NCBI GenBank assembly: GCA_036376495.1
Contig: DASVAE010000021.1
Coordinates: forward strand, 3,845-67,844
Length of the DNA: 64,000 nucleotides
Source of the DNA: Candidatus Sulfotelmatobacter sp.
GTDB lineage: Bacteria > Acidobacteriota > Terriglobia > Terriglobales > Acidobacteriaceae
Direction: 5' to 3'
Below are positions 45,176-54,490 of the stretch, one piece after another. The notes beneath the pieces are model-generated. The model was given only the letters and a program-made list of their open reading frames with translations. It had not been told where the DNA came from and did not search any database. The translations under genes and the position numbers were made by a program. Position 1 is the stretch's first letter. The number at the start of each line of letters is the position of its first letter.

Positions 45176-47161
45176 ATGATTCAGCTTTCCGGCGCCGGAA
45201 AACGCTTCGGTCACAAACTTCTTTTCGAAAATGTCGACTGGCTGATTACCAACCATGACCATATCGGTCTGGTGGGTGGCAATGGCACCGGCAAGTCCAC
45301 GCTGATGAAAGTCCTAGCCGGCATGGACACATTCGACTACGGCGCCCTGACCATCGCCAAAGGCACTTCCGCCGGATACCTTCCCCAGGACGGCCTCACC
45401 CTGTCGGGGCGCACTGTGTTTGCCGAGTGCATGTCGGTGTTCGACGACGTGCGCGCCATGGAGCAAGAGCTCGAATCCCTCACCCACAGCATGGCCGAAC
45501 TCGATCACACCAGCCCGCAATATGCAGCCGTGGCGGACCGCTATCAGCGCGTGGAACATGAGTTCCAGGCGCGCGATGGATACTCCATCGAAGCCGACGT
45601 CGGCCGGGTATTGATGGGCCTCGGCTTCGGCAAAGACGACTGGGCGCGCTTGACGGATGAATTCTCCGGCGGCTGGCAGATGCGCCTCGCGCTCGCCAAA
45701 CTCTTGCTGCAAAAACCCAACCTGCTGCTGCTGGATGAGCCCACGAACCATCTCGATCTCGAAGCTCGCAACTGGCTCGAAGAGTATCTGCAGAACTATC
45801 CTTATACTTTCCTGCTGATTTCGCACGACCGCTATTTCCTGGATGTCACCGTCGACAAGATCGCCGAAATCTGGAACAAGCGCTTCTGGTTTTACACCGG
45901 CAACTACGACAAGTTCCTGGCGCAAAAGACGCAGCGCAATGAGCAACTGCAGGCTGCCTACAAGAACCAGCGCGACCGCATCGAGCAGTTGGAAGTCTTC
46001 ATCAACCGCTTCCGCTACCAGGCAACCAAGGCCAAGCAGGTTCAGAGCAGGATCAAAGAACTCGAGAAGATCGAGCGCATCGAGATTCCCCCCGAAGAGA
46101 AGACCATCCACTTCAAGTTCCCGCAGCCCAAGGCGAGTGGGCGCATTGTGGCCGAATTTGAGAATGTGGCCAAGAGCTACTCCGGCAGGAATGGCGCCGG
46201 TGAAAAGGAAGTTTTCCGCAATGTCAACTTCATGATCGAGCGTGGTGACCGGATCGCGCTGGTGGGAGTAAACGGCGCCGGCAAGTCGACACTCATCAAG
46301 CTGCTCGCGAGCACCGAAGCCTTGAGCTCCGGCGAATACCGGCTGGGCCACAACGTCATACTCGATTACTTCGCCCAGGACCAGTACAAGGAACTGGATC
46401 CTGACGCCCGTATTCTCGATGATCTCGGCGAGCTGTCGCCGCGCTCCACCGAAACCGAGTTGCGGGGACTGCTGGGCTGCTTCCTTTTTTCCGAAGATGA
46501 CGTGTTCAAAAAGATTGGCGTTCTCTCCGGCGGTGAACGCGGCCGCTATGCTTTATTGAGACTGCTGTTGCATCCGGCAAATTTTCTCCTGCTCGATGAA
46601 CCTACGAATCACCTTGACATGCGCGCCAAAGATGTATTGCTCAACGCGCTGATGGAGTACACCGGCACCGTAGTTTTCGTATCCCACGATCGCTACTTCA
46701 TAGATAACTTGGCGACACGAGTCTTCGAAATCGGCGGCGGATGCGTAGAAATCTTCCCTGGAAATTACGAGGACTACCTGTGGCGCAAAGAGGGCAGGCA
46801 ACACGTGCCGCCGACGCTGAATGATGTTCCGGGAACAAGCCGTTCCCAAGCCAATTCCGCGGCCCTAAAGCAGGCAGAAACCTCGCTGCCTGCGAACGGA
46901 AATGGCAGCGCTGCGGATGCCGCCAAGAAGCGTCTGAATCCGCTGAAGCGCAAGCAGATGGAAGATCGCGTAAAACAACTCGAGGGCGAAATTGGCCGCG
47001 CCGAGGATGAAATTGCCCAACTCGAAACTGCCCTGCAGAGCTTCGTGAGCGCCGAGGAAACGCAGCGCCAGTCGCAGGAGCTCGAGAGCCACAAAGCCAA
47101 ACATTCCGCGCTCCTCGAGGAATGGGAAGAGGTCAGTGAAACGCTCCAGGGGTCCGAATGA
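45176..47161 (+). CDS. ABC-F family ATPase (two ABC domains, no TM domain, C-terminal coiled coil)
   Basis: Walker A motifs are GGNGTGKST and GVNGAGKST. The signatures are FSGGWQMRLAL and LSGGERGRYAL. The C-terminal tail is Glu/Gln-rich. Confidence 0.9.
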   Translation: MIQLSGAGKRFGHKLLFENVDWLITNHDHIGLVGGNGTGKSTLMKVLAGMDTFDYGALTIAKGTSAGYLPQDGLTLSGRTVFAECMSVFDDVRAMEQELESLTHSMAELDHTSPQYAAVADRYQRVEHEFQARDGYSIEADVGRVLMGLGFGKDDWARLTDEFSGGWQMRLALAKLLLQKPNLLLLDEPTNHLDLEARNWLEEYLQNYPYTFLLISHDRYFLDVTVDKIAEIWNKRFWFYTGNYDKFLAQKTQRNEQLQAAYKNQRDRIEQLEVFINRFRYQATKAKQVQSRIKELEKIERIEIPPEEKTIHFKFPQPKASGRIVAEFENVAKSYSGRNGAGEKEVFRNVNFMIERGDRIALVGVNGAGKSTLIKLLASTEALSSGEYRLGHNVILDYFAQDQYKELDPDARILDDLGELSPRSTETELRGLLGCFLFSEDDVFKKIGVLSGGERGRYALLRLLLHPANFLLLDEPTNHLDMRAKDVLLNALMEYTGTVVFVSHDRYFIDNLATRVFEIGGGCVEIFPGNYEDYLWRKEGRQHVPPTLNDVPGTSRSQANSAALKQAETSLPANGNGSAADAAKKRLNPLKRKQMEDRVKQLEGEIGRAEDEIAQLETALQSFVSAEETQRQSQELESHKAKHSALLEEWEEVSETLQGSE

Positions 47162-47328
47162 CCGTCCCGCAGCTGTACACCACCTTCCGTAATCTCTCGT
47201 CTTCTCTTACCAGTGTGCGATAGTCAGCTTGGCCAAGTGGCCGTGAACTGGCGAAGGCCACAAATTTCAAGACCACCGCATGCAGCGGCGCCCCCGGGCA
47301 CGCCGCGCGGGAACCCAAGGAAGGTCGC

Positions 47329-47808
47329 ATGCTTCAGTCATCGGACAATTCATTGAACCAAAAGTCGGGCTTCCCGGCTTCCAACCCCAATTCCTATAAC
47401 CCCGCTAAAAACGTCACGGCTCCGGTGGATCAGGCGACCATTGGCCGCACTTTAGTCATCAAGGGCGAGATCAGCGGCTCCGAAGCTCTTTACATTGACG
47501 GCCGCATTGAGGGCAAAATCACGATGCCCGAGAGCCGCGTCACCATTGGCCGTAACGGCAAAGTCGACGCCAGCATCCAGGCCCGAGAAGTTGTCGTGAT
47601 GGGCAAGGTGACCGGCAACATTGAGTGCAGCGATCGCGTGGACATTCGCGCAGAAGGCTCCGTGCATGGAGACATTTCGACCACGCGCATCAGCGTCGAG
47701 GATGGCGCCTCGCTCAAAGGCGGAATTCAGGTTCGCAGTGACGGCAAGGCTCACACCCAACCGAAACAGGACCAGCCCAAAGCGATGGCAGCGACTGCCA
47801 ACGCCTAG
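47329..47808 (+). CDS. Bactofilin-family cytoskeletal protein
   Basis: AAGGAAGG is the RBS. The core is a beta-helical repeat (VIKGEISGSEALYIDGRIEGKI...VVVMGKVTGNIECSDRVDIRAEGSVHGDISTTRISVEDGASLKG) with disordered termini. Confidence 0.85.
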   Translation: MLQSSDNSLNQKSGFPASNPNSYNPAKNVTAPVDQATIGRTLVIKGEISGSEALYIDGRIEGKITMPESRVTIGRNGKVDASIQAREVVVMGKVTGNIECSDRVDIRAEGSVHGDISTTRISVEDGASLKGGIQVRSDGKAHTQPKQDQPKAMAATANA

Positions 47809-47834
47809 TGCAAAGTTTTCGAGTAGAGAACGAC

Positions 47835-47867
47835 GGGCACGCCACGGCGTGCCCCTTCCTCTTTCTT
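47835..47867 (+). terminator. Probable intrinsic terminator after the bactofilin gene
   Basis: The GC-rich hairpin GGGCACG(CCACGG)CGTGCCC is followed by the T-rich CTTCCTCTTTCTT. Confidence 0.55.
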
Positions 47868-47877
47868 AGATCAGGCT

Positions 47878-48252
47878 GTGAGCGCGCGAGACAACTCGAT
47901 CAACCTGCCGTCCACTCCGCCGGGCCTAGCCGAAAGAGTTTTTGAGAATCGCCACTTTCAACTAGGCTGGGTACTGTTCCTCGCCGCCTTCGTTATTTTT
48001 ATCGCCTGGCCGATTCGCAACGCTGTTCTTGTCTGTTGGGTCTACGGCACGGCAGCATACTTCCGAGACGGAATTCGAGTGTTGCCGGGTAAACCCATAC
48101 GCTTCTCGAACGGAGTTCTTGCTCCAGAGTTGCCGGACATGGTGACAGGTCTTGGGATATTCCTGATCACGACGATCGGGCTCTCGGTGGCACTCTTTCT
48201 CGCTCTCCGGCTTTACGAGCGACATCTCCGAAAAGCTGGGAATCCGAGATAA
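47878..48252 (+). CDS. Hypothetical small membrane protein (124 aa, GTG start)
   Basis: There are two to three hydrophobic segments (LGWVLFLAAFVIFIAW, GLGIFLITTIGLSVALFLAL). I recognise no family. Confidence 0.4.
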   Translation: MSARDNSINLPSTPPGLAERVFENRHFQLGWVLFLAAFVIFIAWPIRNAVLVCWVYGTAAYFRDGIRVLPGKPIRFSNGVLAPELPDMVTGLGIFLITTIGLSVALFLALRLYERHLRKAGNPR

Positions 48253-48258
48253 CGCAGC

Positions 48259-48672
48259 CTATTTCTTCTCCGCCGGCCTGAAATCCAGGGCCGCCGAATT
48301 CATGCAATATCGTAAGCCGGTCGGCGCCGGCCCATCCTCAAACACGTGCCCTAAATGAGCATCGCACTTTGCGCAGCGAACTTCGGTGCGGACCATTCCG
48401 TACGTTGAGTCTCGATGCTCGACCACCCCACCTTCGGCAGACGGCTTATAGAAACTCGGCCAGCCCGTCCCCGAGTTGAACTTGGTTTGCGAATCGAACA
48501 GCGGCGCCCCGCAGCACACGCAGTGATACGCACCCGCGTCGTGATTATCCCAATACTTGCCGGTAAAAGCGCACTCGGTTCCAGCTTCGCGGGTCACGTG
48601 ATACTGCTCCGGCGTGAGCTGCTGTTTCCACTCGGCTTCAGTCTTTTTAAGCTTCTCTGCGGTCTGTTCCAC
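48259..48672 (-). CDS. msrB: Peptide-methionine (R)-S-oxide reductase
   Basis: Motifs are two CxxC zinc motifs (CVCC..., [12 protein letters not shown]), GTGWPSF and the catalytic RYCMNS. Confidence 0.92.
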   Translation of the reverse strand: MEQTAEKLKKTEAEWKQQLTPEQYHVTREAGTECAFTGKYWDNHDAGAYHCVCCGAPLFDSQTKFNSGTGWPSFYKPSAEGGVVEHRDSTYGMVRTEVRCAKCDAHLGHVFEDGPAPTGLRYCMNSAALDFRPAEKK

Positions 48673-48765
48673 GAGGAATCAACTCCATTTCGATGATTTA
48701 TGCCTGCAATAATTGGATGTCCGGAACGCCCAAAAGTGACAACGTGTATTTAACCACTCCGCTTA

Positions 48766-49266
48766 TCAGCTTTCGATCCCCGCCCCAACCTTCCGGTATT
48801 TGCCGCGAAAAAACAGCAAAGGATCGCCTTGCTGCACCACCACATCTTCCACTTCGGCGATGAAGATCGTATGATCGCCAGCGACCTGAGCGGAGTGGAG
48901 ACGGCATTCCAGGTAAGCCAATGAACCATGCAGAATCGGCGTCCCGTGGCGAGTGCGATCGAAACGCGCTCCCGCCTCGGATTCAGCGTTTTCGTGGCTG
49001 CGTTCCGGACGCGCATAGTATTCCGAAATCGCCCGCTGGTCCTCGCACAGCACATTCACTCCAAAACGCTTCTTCGTATGCAGGTGCGCATGTGTCCGCG
49101 TACTGTGGTCGACGCAGACCAGCACCAGCATAGGATCGAGCGACACAGACGCAAATGCGTTCGCCGTCATGCCGTGCACTCCGCCATCGAGATCGACCGT
49201 AATGATCGTGACCCCGGTGGCAAAGGCCCCCATCGCCTTCCGAAAATCCGCAGAATTAATAGTCAT
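48766..49266 (-). CDS. Flavin reductase-like (FMN-binding split-barrel) protein
   Basis: Met at 49266 begins MTINSADFRKAMGAFATGVTIITV...GMTANAFASVSLDPMLVLVCV. The ORF-track start at 49347 would overlap cofG. Confidence 0.8.
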   Translation of the reverse strand: MTINSADFRKAMGAFATGVTIITVDLDGGVHGMTANAFASVSLDPMLVLVCVDHSTRTHAHLHTKKRFGVNVLCEDQRAISEYYARPERSHENAESEAGARFDRTRHGTPILHGSLAYLECRLHSAQVAGDHTIFIAEVEDVVVQQGDPLLFFRGKYRKVGAGIES

Positions 49267-49295
49267 CTCGTAGAAACGTTGCTTGCAAGTCTCTC

Positions 49296-50615
49296 TTGTT
49301 GCATCTCTTTCCTCAACCCCTCCGGATTCCCTGGCACGACGTAGCACTCTACCGGGACGCCAGCAACCGCCTACATTACCATGCCGTACCGTTGTATCAT
49401 TCGATTCAAGTGCCTCTCAGAACCAGCGCCGACGCGAGTGCACAGGGCAGCCCTGTGCCTGCTTGCGCGCTGGATGAACTCCAGCTGGGCGGTCCAATTT
49501 CCCGGAACTTGGCTCTCCGTCTGATTACCTGCGCCGATGGGGACCTGCCCAGCTTGCTGGCTGCGGCGCGAGCCGCCAAAGAGCGGTTCAAGCCCGGCGT
49601 CATCACCTACTCGCGCAAGGTTTTCATTCCCCTGACCAATCTTTGCCGCGATTATTGCGGATATTGTACGTTTCGCCGCGATCCCGGCGATCCCGGCGCA
49701 CACACCATGACTCCGGATGAAGTTCTCTCTGTTGCCCGTGCCGGCGAAAAGCTCGGATGCACCGAGGCGCTATTCAGCCTTGGAGACAAGCCCGAACTCC
49801 TGTTTCCCGAGATGCGCCAAAGCTTGCGCCGGCTGGGCTACAAATCCACCCTGCATTATCTGGAAGCAATGTGTGAGTTGATTTTGCGTGACACGTGCCT
49901 CCTGCCGCATCCCAATCCCGGCCTGCTCAGCGCCCAATGGATTTCGCGTCTGGCCGCGGTTTCCCCCAGCATGGGCCTGATGCTCGAAACCACCAATGCC
50001 GATTTGCTGGGGCCAGGTAGAGCCCACGACCATGCACCCGACAAGGTCCCGGCCAAGCGCCTGCGCACTGTCGAACAGGCCGGCAAGCAAAACGTTCCGT
50101 TCACCACCGGGCTGTTAATCGGCATCGGCGAATCGTCCCAGGACCGGATCGATACCTTGTTCGCCATCCGGGACTTACACGAGCGCTACGGCCATATTCA
50201 AGAAGTGATCGTGCAGAATTTCCGGGTCAAACCAACCATCCCGATGGCGCAATGGCCTGAGCCTCCCCATGGCGAGATGCTGCGCACCGTGGCAGTCGCT
50301 CGCTTGCTACTGCCGAACGTCAATATTCAAACTCCTCCCAATCTCTCCGCGCCTTACTATGATGATTTGATGGATGCAGGTATCAACGATTGGGGAGGCA
50401 TCTCGCCACTGACCCCAGACTTCATCAATCCCGAGAGGCCCTGGCCTCATTTGGAGCAATTGCGATTGCGCACTGAGGCCAAAGGATTCCAGCTGCAGCA
50501 GCGTCTTCCAGTGTATCCGGAATTTATTCCTTCAGTCTTGTCTAAACCGGGCCTGCTCGCCGAGAAACTGCGCAACTGTACGGCGGAGGATGGCCTCGCC
50601 CGGAGGGCCGCATGA
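49296..50615 (+). CDS. cofG: FO synthase subunit 1 (radical SAM), 7,8-didemethyl-8-hydroxy-5-deazariboflavin synthase CofG
   Basis: Motifs are ITYSRKVFIPLTNLCRDYCGYCTF (CxxxCxxC) and GCTEALFSLGDKPE. The true start is probably downstream (e.g. GTG 49455), because 49296 leaves only 30 bp to the divergent gene. Confidence 0.85.
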   Translation: MLHLFPQPLRIPWHDVALYRDASNRLHYHAVPLYHSIQVPLRTSADASAQGSPVPACALDELQLGGPISRNLALRLITCADGDLPSLLAAARAAKERFKPGVITYSRKVFIPLTNLCRDYCGYCTFRRDPGDPGAHTMTPDEVLSVARAGEKLGCTEALFSLGDKPELLFPEMRQSLRRLGYKSTLHYLEAMCELILRDTCLLPHPNPGLLSAQWISRLAAVSPSMGLMLETTNADLLGPGRAHDHAPDKVPAKRLRTVEQAGKQNVPFTTGLLIGIGESSQDRIDTLFAIRDLHERYGHIQEVIVQNFRVKPTIPMAQWPEPPHGEMLRTVAVARLLLPNVNIQTPPNLSAPYYDDLMDAGINDWGGISPLTPDFINPERPWPHLEQLRLRTEAKGFQLQQRLPVYPEFIPSVLSKPGLLAEKLRNCTAEDGLARRAA

Positions 50616-51610
50616 TCTGCGTCCTGAGCGGCGGCACTGGAGGCGCGAAATTCGTAGACGGCCTTCGCCAGGTGATGCCACCGGAAGAAATTACCCTCGT
50701 CGTCAACACTGGAGACGATCTTCTGTGGTGGGGCCTGTACGTTTCTCCTGATATCGATTCGATCACTTACGTGCTTTCCGGGATGTTGAGCCGGGAGCGC
50801 GGCTGGGGCGTAAAGGGTGACACCTTCCTCTGCCTGCAAGCCATGGGACAACTCGGCGAGCCCACGTGGTTCCACACTGGCGACCGCGATCTGGCGATGC
50901 ATCTGCTCCGCTCGCGTTTGCTCGCCGAAGGCAAAACTCTTTCCGAAGCAACTGCCGTAATCTCTCAAAAATTGGGAGTGAGAGCGCGTATCCTGCCCAT
51001 GAGCAACTCGCGCGTGGAGACTCGGGTCGACACTCCCATCGGCGAACTGAGTTTCGAAGAGTATTTCGTGCAGCGCTGGTATCAGGACCCGGTCAATTCA
51101 GTGCGCTTCGCCGGAGCCTCCGATGCCGAACCCGCGCCCGGAGTGGTCGATGCTATCGCCTCCGCCGACGCTGTGATCATTGCGCCCAGCAACCCAATCA
51201 CCAGCATCGGCCCGATCCTCGCCGTGCCCGGAATTCACAATGCGCTGCTGCAGGCCAAAGCCAGGATCGCCAAGCCGAGGATCGCCGCCATCAGTCCGAT
51301 CGTGGGTAATGTGCCCGTCGCCGGACCCGCCGGCATCCTGATGCAGGCGCAAGGCCTTCCTTGCTCGATTGCCGGAGTCGCGCACGCCTACGAAGATTTT
51401 CTGGATGTCCTGGTGTGCGATACCCGCGATGCCCGTGCCGCCGACATGTTGCGCCAGAGCGGCTTGCGCGTGCACTGCACCCAGACCCTGATGCGCACCG
51501 CCGAGGATAAGGCCGCACTGGCCCGCGACGTTCTGTCCCTGATCTCGCCCGACCTTTTAAAGGACAAAACTCCTGCCGGTCCCGTCCCCCAAGTGGACTC
51601 GCAGCCGTGA
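50612..51610 (+). CDS. cofD: 2-phospho-L-lactate (or analogue) transferase, F420-0 synthase CofD/FbiA
   Basis: The N-terminus is MICVLSGGTGGAKFVDGL. A further motif is VNTGDD...G..VSPDID. The gene overlaps the cofG stop by 4 nt. Confidence 0.9.
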   Translation: MICVLSGGTGGAKFVDGLRQVMPPEEITLVVNTGDDLLWWGLYVSPDIDSITYVLSGMLSRERGWGVKGDTFLCLQAMGQLGEPTWFHTGDRDLAMHLLRSRLLAEGKTLSEATAVISQKLGVRARILPMSNSRVETRVDTPIGELSFEEYFVQRWYQDPVNSVRFAGASDAEPAPGVVDAIASADAVIIAPSNPITSIGPILAVPGIHNALLQAKARIAKPRIAAISPIVGNVPVAGPAGILMQAQGLPCSIAGVAHAYEDFLDVLVCDTRDARAADMLRQSGLRVHCTQTLMRTAEDKAALARDVLSLISPDLLKDKTPAGPVPQVDSQP

Positions 51611-52257
51611 TCCTGGTCCCCATAAAAGATACCTCGGGCGCCAAACAGCGCCTTGCCTCCATCCTCGATCAAGACTCCAGAACGAGATTAGCGCACGCCA
51701 TGCTGCACGACGTGTTCAGCGCCCTTAACAGGTGGAAGGACCGGCCTTCGGTCGGCATTGTGACCAGCGATGCCCATGCTATCCAGCTTGCGATCGAATA
51801 CAAATTCGAGATCATTCCCGATCCAGAGAACCCAGGAGAAACTGGCGCAATCGAAATCGCCACGCAGGTCTGCGTGGAGCGTGGAGAAGACAACACGCTG
51901 GTGATCCCCGCGGACATTCCACTGATCCAGCCTTGGGAACTCGAAGAAATTTACAAGCAAGCTCCAGCCGCAGGAACGGTTTTGGTTCCTGCTGGAGATG
52001 GACGGGGTACGAACGCCGCTTTCCGCCGTCCCGCAAATCTCTTCCCGTTGCGGTTCGGGAATGACAGCTTTAAACCGCACCATGCTACCGCCCAAACTAC
52101 AGGCCAGCCCTGCGTAATACTAAACTTGCCCGGCATCGCCGTGGACGTCGATAATCCCGAAGACCTACAACAACTAATCGCATTACCCGGCAACACGCGC
52201 GCCCAGCAACTAGCCCGGGAGTATGTTCGAATGGGCAAGATGCCGTCGCCCGTATAG
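51607..52257 (+). CDS. cofC: Phospho-substrate guanylyltransferase CofC/FbiD
   Basis: The N-terminus is ILVPIKDTSGAKQRL. Further motifs are VIPADIPLI and the GTNA region. A GTG start overlaps the cofD stop. Confidence 0.85.
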   Translation: MILVPIKDTSGAKQRLASILDQDSRTRLAHAMLHDVFSALNRWKDRPSVGIVTSDAHAIQLAIEYKFEIIPDPENPGETGAIEIATQVCVERGEDNTLVIPADIPLIQPWELEEIYKQAPAAGTVLVPAGDGRGTNAAFRRPANLFPLRFGNDSFKPHHATAQTTGQPCVILNLPGIAVDVDNPEDLQQLIALPGNTRAQQLAREYVRMGKMPSPV

Positions 52258-52280
52258 AGCGCGGCAGAGATAAATGCAAG

Positions 52281-53162
52281 ATGCCGCGCAAAACACCCAA
52301 AAAGCCAGCCGCGAAGCGGCGAAAGAATGCAGCCCACGGCGCAAGCCGTGGGTCCGCATCGCAGCGCGGGTCAGCCCCAGCGGGGCGCAAGACAATCCCG
52401 CCTTCCCGCGCCGGCGAAATTCGCCTCATACCAATCGTAATTGATCATGAATTTCGTTCTGGTGACGATGTCGCTGACATACTGCTCGAATCGGTGCACA
52501 AGACCCACGGTGAAATCCAGTCCGGCGACATTCTCGTCATCAAACACAAGATCATCTCCAAAGCCGAAGGCCAGCTCATCGATCTCGCAACCATCACCCC
52601 CTCCGCCGAATCCGTCACCTGGTCGAAACAATACGAGCTCGACCCCCACCTCATCGAACTCGCTCTGCGTGAAAGCCGCTCCGTGATCCGCCGTAAGAAC
52701 GGCGTCCTGATCACCGAGACCCGCCATGGCTTTCTTTGCGCGAACAGCGGAATCGACGTCTCTAATGTCAATGGAGGCCGACATGCGCTCCTGTTGCCGG
52801 AAGATCCCGACCGTTCGGCTAGCGAGATTCGCAGGAAATTGAAAAAGCAAACGGGAGTAGCCGTTCCTGTCATCATCACCGATAGCTTCGGCCGACCGTG
52901 GCGGGAAGGCCTGACGGAATTTGCCATCGGAATCGCCGGAATGAAACCTTTGCGCGACGATCGCGGACAAACCGATCCTCATGGCTACAAGTTGAAGGCA
53001 AGCATCGAGGCCATAGCGGATGAATTGGCCGGCGCCGCCGGCCTAGTCTGCGGCAAGCTGAATCGCGCTCCGGCCTGTATAGTGCGAGGTTTTTCTTACC
53101 CGGCAGGAGAAGGCCGCATCTTAGAATTGCTGCGCCCGGCGTCCGCGGACCTGTTCCGCTGA
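52281..53162 (+). CDS. cofE: Coenzyme F420-0:L-glutamate ligase CofE (stand-alone, with about 45-aa basic N-terminal extension)
   Basis: Motifs are GDILVIKHKIISKAEG, GFLCANSGIDVSN and IITDSFGRPWREG. The N-terminus is MPRKTPKKPAAKRRKNAAHG.... Confidence 0.85.
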   Translation: MPRKTPKKPAAKRRKNAAHGASRGSASQRGSAPAGRKTIPPSRAGEIRLIPIVIDHEFRSGDDVADILLESVHKTHGEIQSGDILVIKHKIISKAEGQLIDLATITPSAESVTWSKQYELDPHLIELALRESRSVIRRKNGVLITETRHGFLCANSGIDVSNVNGGRHALLLPEDPDRSASEIRRKLKKQTGVAVPVIITDSFGRPWREGLTEFAIGIAGMKPLRDDRGQTDPHGYKLKASIEAIADELAGAAGLVCGKLNRAPACIVRGFSYPAGEGRILELLRPASADLFR

Positions 53163-53257
53163 CTTCCGCTACACTGTACAGACATTGCTTGCAACGTCTC
53201 TCTTGCCAAGCTCAAATCCGCAGGCAAGACCGAGCAAGCCACGTCGACGGAGAGAAA

Positions 53258-54490
53258 ATGAACCGCGAACTAGCAACCTCCGAACTGGAAACCTTCCCCT
53301 CGCTCGACTGGTCTGAGATCGCTCCCCGCCTGACCACTCCCGTGCGCTCAACTCTGGACAAAGTTCTCGAAGGCCAGAATAGCGCGGCCATTTCGCTGCA
53401 AGACTCATACACGCTCGCCAATTCGAACGGCGATGATCTTCTCGGGCTGCTGGTCGCGGCCAATCTGGTTCGCGCCGAACTCGTGGGCAACATCGTCACC
53501 TACGTCGTCAACCGGAATATCAATTTCACCAACATCTGTTTTGTGGGATGCAAATTCTGCGCCTTCAGCCGCGGCCCGCGCGAAGCCGACACGTACTTCC
53601 ACAGCCTTGACGATATGGCCCGCAAGGCGGCAGAAGCCTGGGACTTGGGCGCGACAGAAGTCTGCATCCAAGGCGGCCTTCCTCGCGATCTGCCGAAGTT
53701 CTACTACCGCGACATCCTGCGCGCCGTAAAAAACGCAGTCCCGCAGATGCACATTCACGCGTTCTCCCCCATGGAGATTGCCTACGGCGTCGAACTCACC
53801 GGCATGCCGCTGCCGGATTATCTTTCGATGCTGCGCGACAACGGTCTGGGCACACTGCCGGGGACCGCCGCGGAAATTCTGGACGACGAAATCCGCCACA
53901 TTTTATCCGCCAACAAGCTTTCCACCGCACACTGGCTTGAAATCATCCGCACCGCACATCGTTGCGGGATTCGCAGCACATCCACCATGATGTACGGGCA
54001 CGCGGAAACCCCGGAACACTGGGTGCGCCAGATGCGCCTGCTGCGCGATATTCAAGCCGAAACCGGCGGCTTCACCGAATTCGTGCCCCTGGGATTCGTG
54101 CATCAGAACACATTGCTGTTTCACCAGGGTTTGGCACGTTCTGGTCCCACTCTCGCCGAGCATTTGAAAGTTCATGCCCTGGCCCGAATCCTGCTTGCAG
54201 GATCCATCAACAACCTCCAGGTTTCCTGGGTCAAGCTGAACCGACAACTTTCGCAACTCTGTCTGCACGCCGGGGCCAATGACTACGGCGGGACGCTGAT
54301 GGAAGAAAACATCTCGCGCGAAGCCGGAGCCACTGCTGGACAGTACACCAGCCCCGAAGACTTTCAGGTGCTCATTCTCGAAGCTGGCCGCATCCCGGCC
54401 GAGCGCAACACCACCTATTCCCGCATCAACATCAAGGCTCCTCTGGATGAATTCACCCTCGAACAAACGCCCCAGGCGGAATTCGCATGA
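53258..54490 (+). CDS. cofH: FO synthase subunit 2 (radical SAM) CofH
   Basis: ATG 53258 is preceded by GGAGAG. Motifs are NINFTNICFVGCKFCAF (CxxxCxxC), TEVCIQGG and MMYGHAETPEH. Confidence 0.88.
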   Translation: MNRELATSELETFPSLDWSEIAPRLTTPVRSTLDKVLEGQNSAAISLQDSYTLANSNGDDLLGLLVAANLVRAELVGNIVTYVVNRNINFTNICFVGCKFCAFSRGPREADTYFHSLDDMARKAAEAWDLGATEVCIQGGLPRDLPKFYYRDILRAVKNAVPQMHIHAFSPMEIAYGVELTGMPLPDYLSMLRDNGLGTLPGTAAEILDDEIRHILSANKLSTAHWLEIIRTAHRCGIRSTSTMMYGHAETPEHWVRQMRLLRDIQAETGGFTEFVPLGFVHQNTLLFHQGLARSGPTLAEHLKVHALARILLAGSINNLQVSWVKLNRQLSQLCLHAGANDYGGTLMEENISREAGATAGQYTSPEDFQVLILEAGRIPAERNTTYSRINIKAPLDEFTLEQTPQAEFA

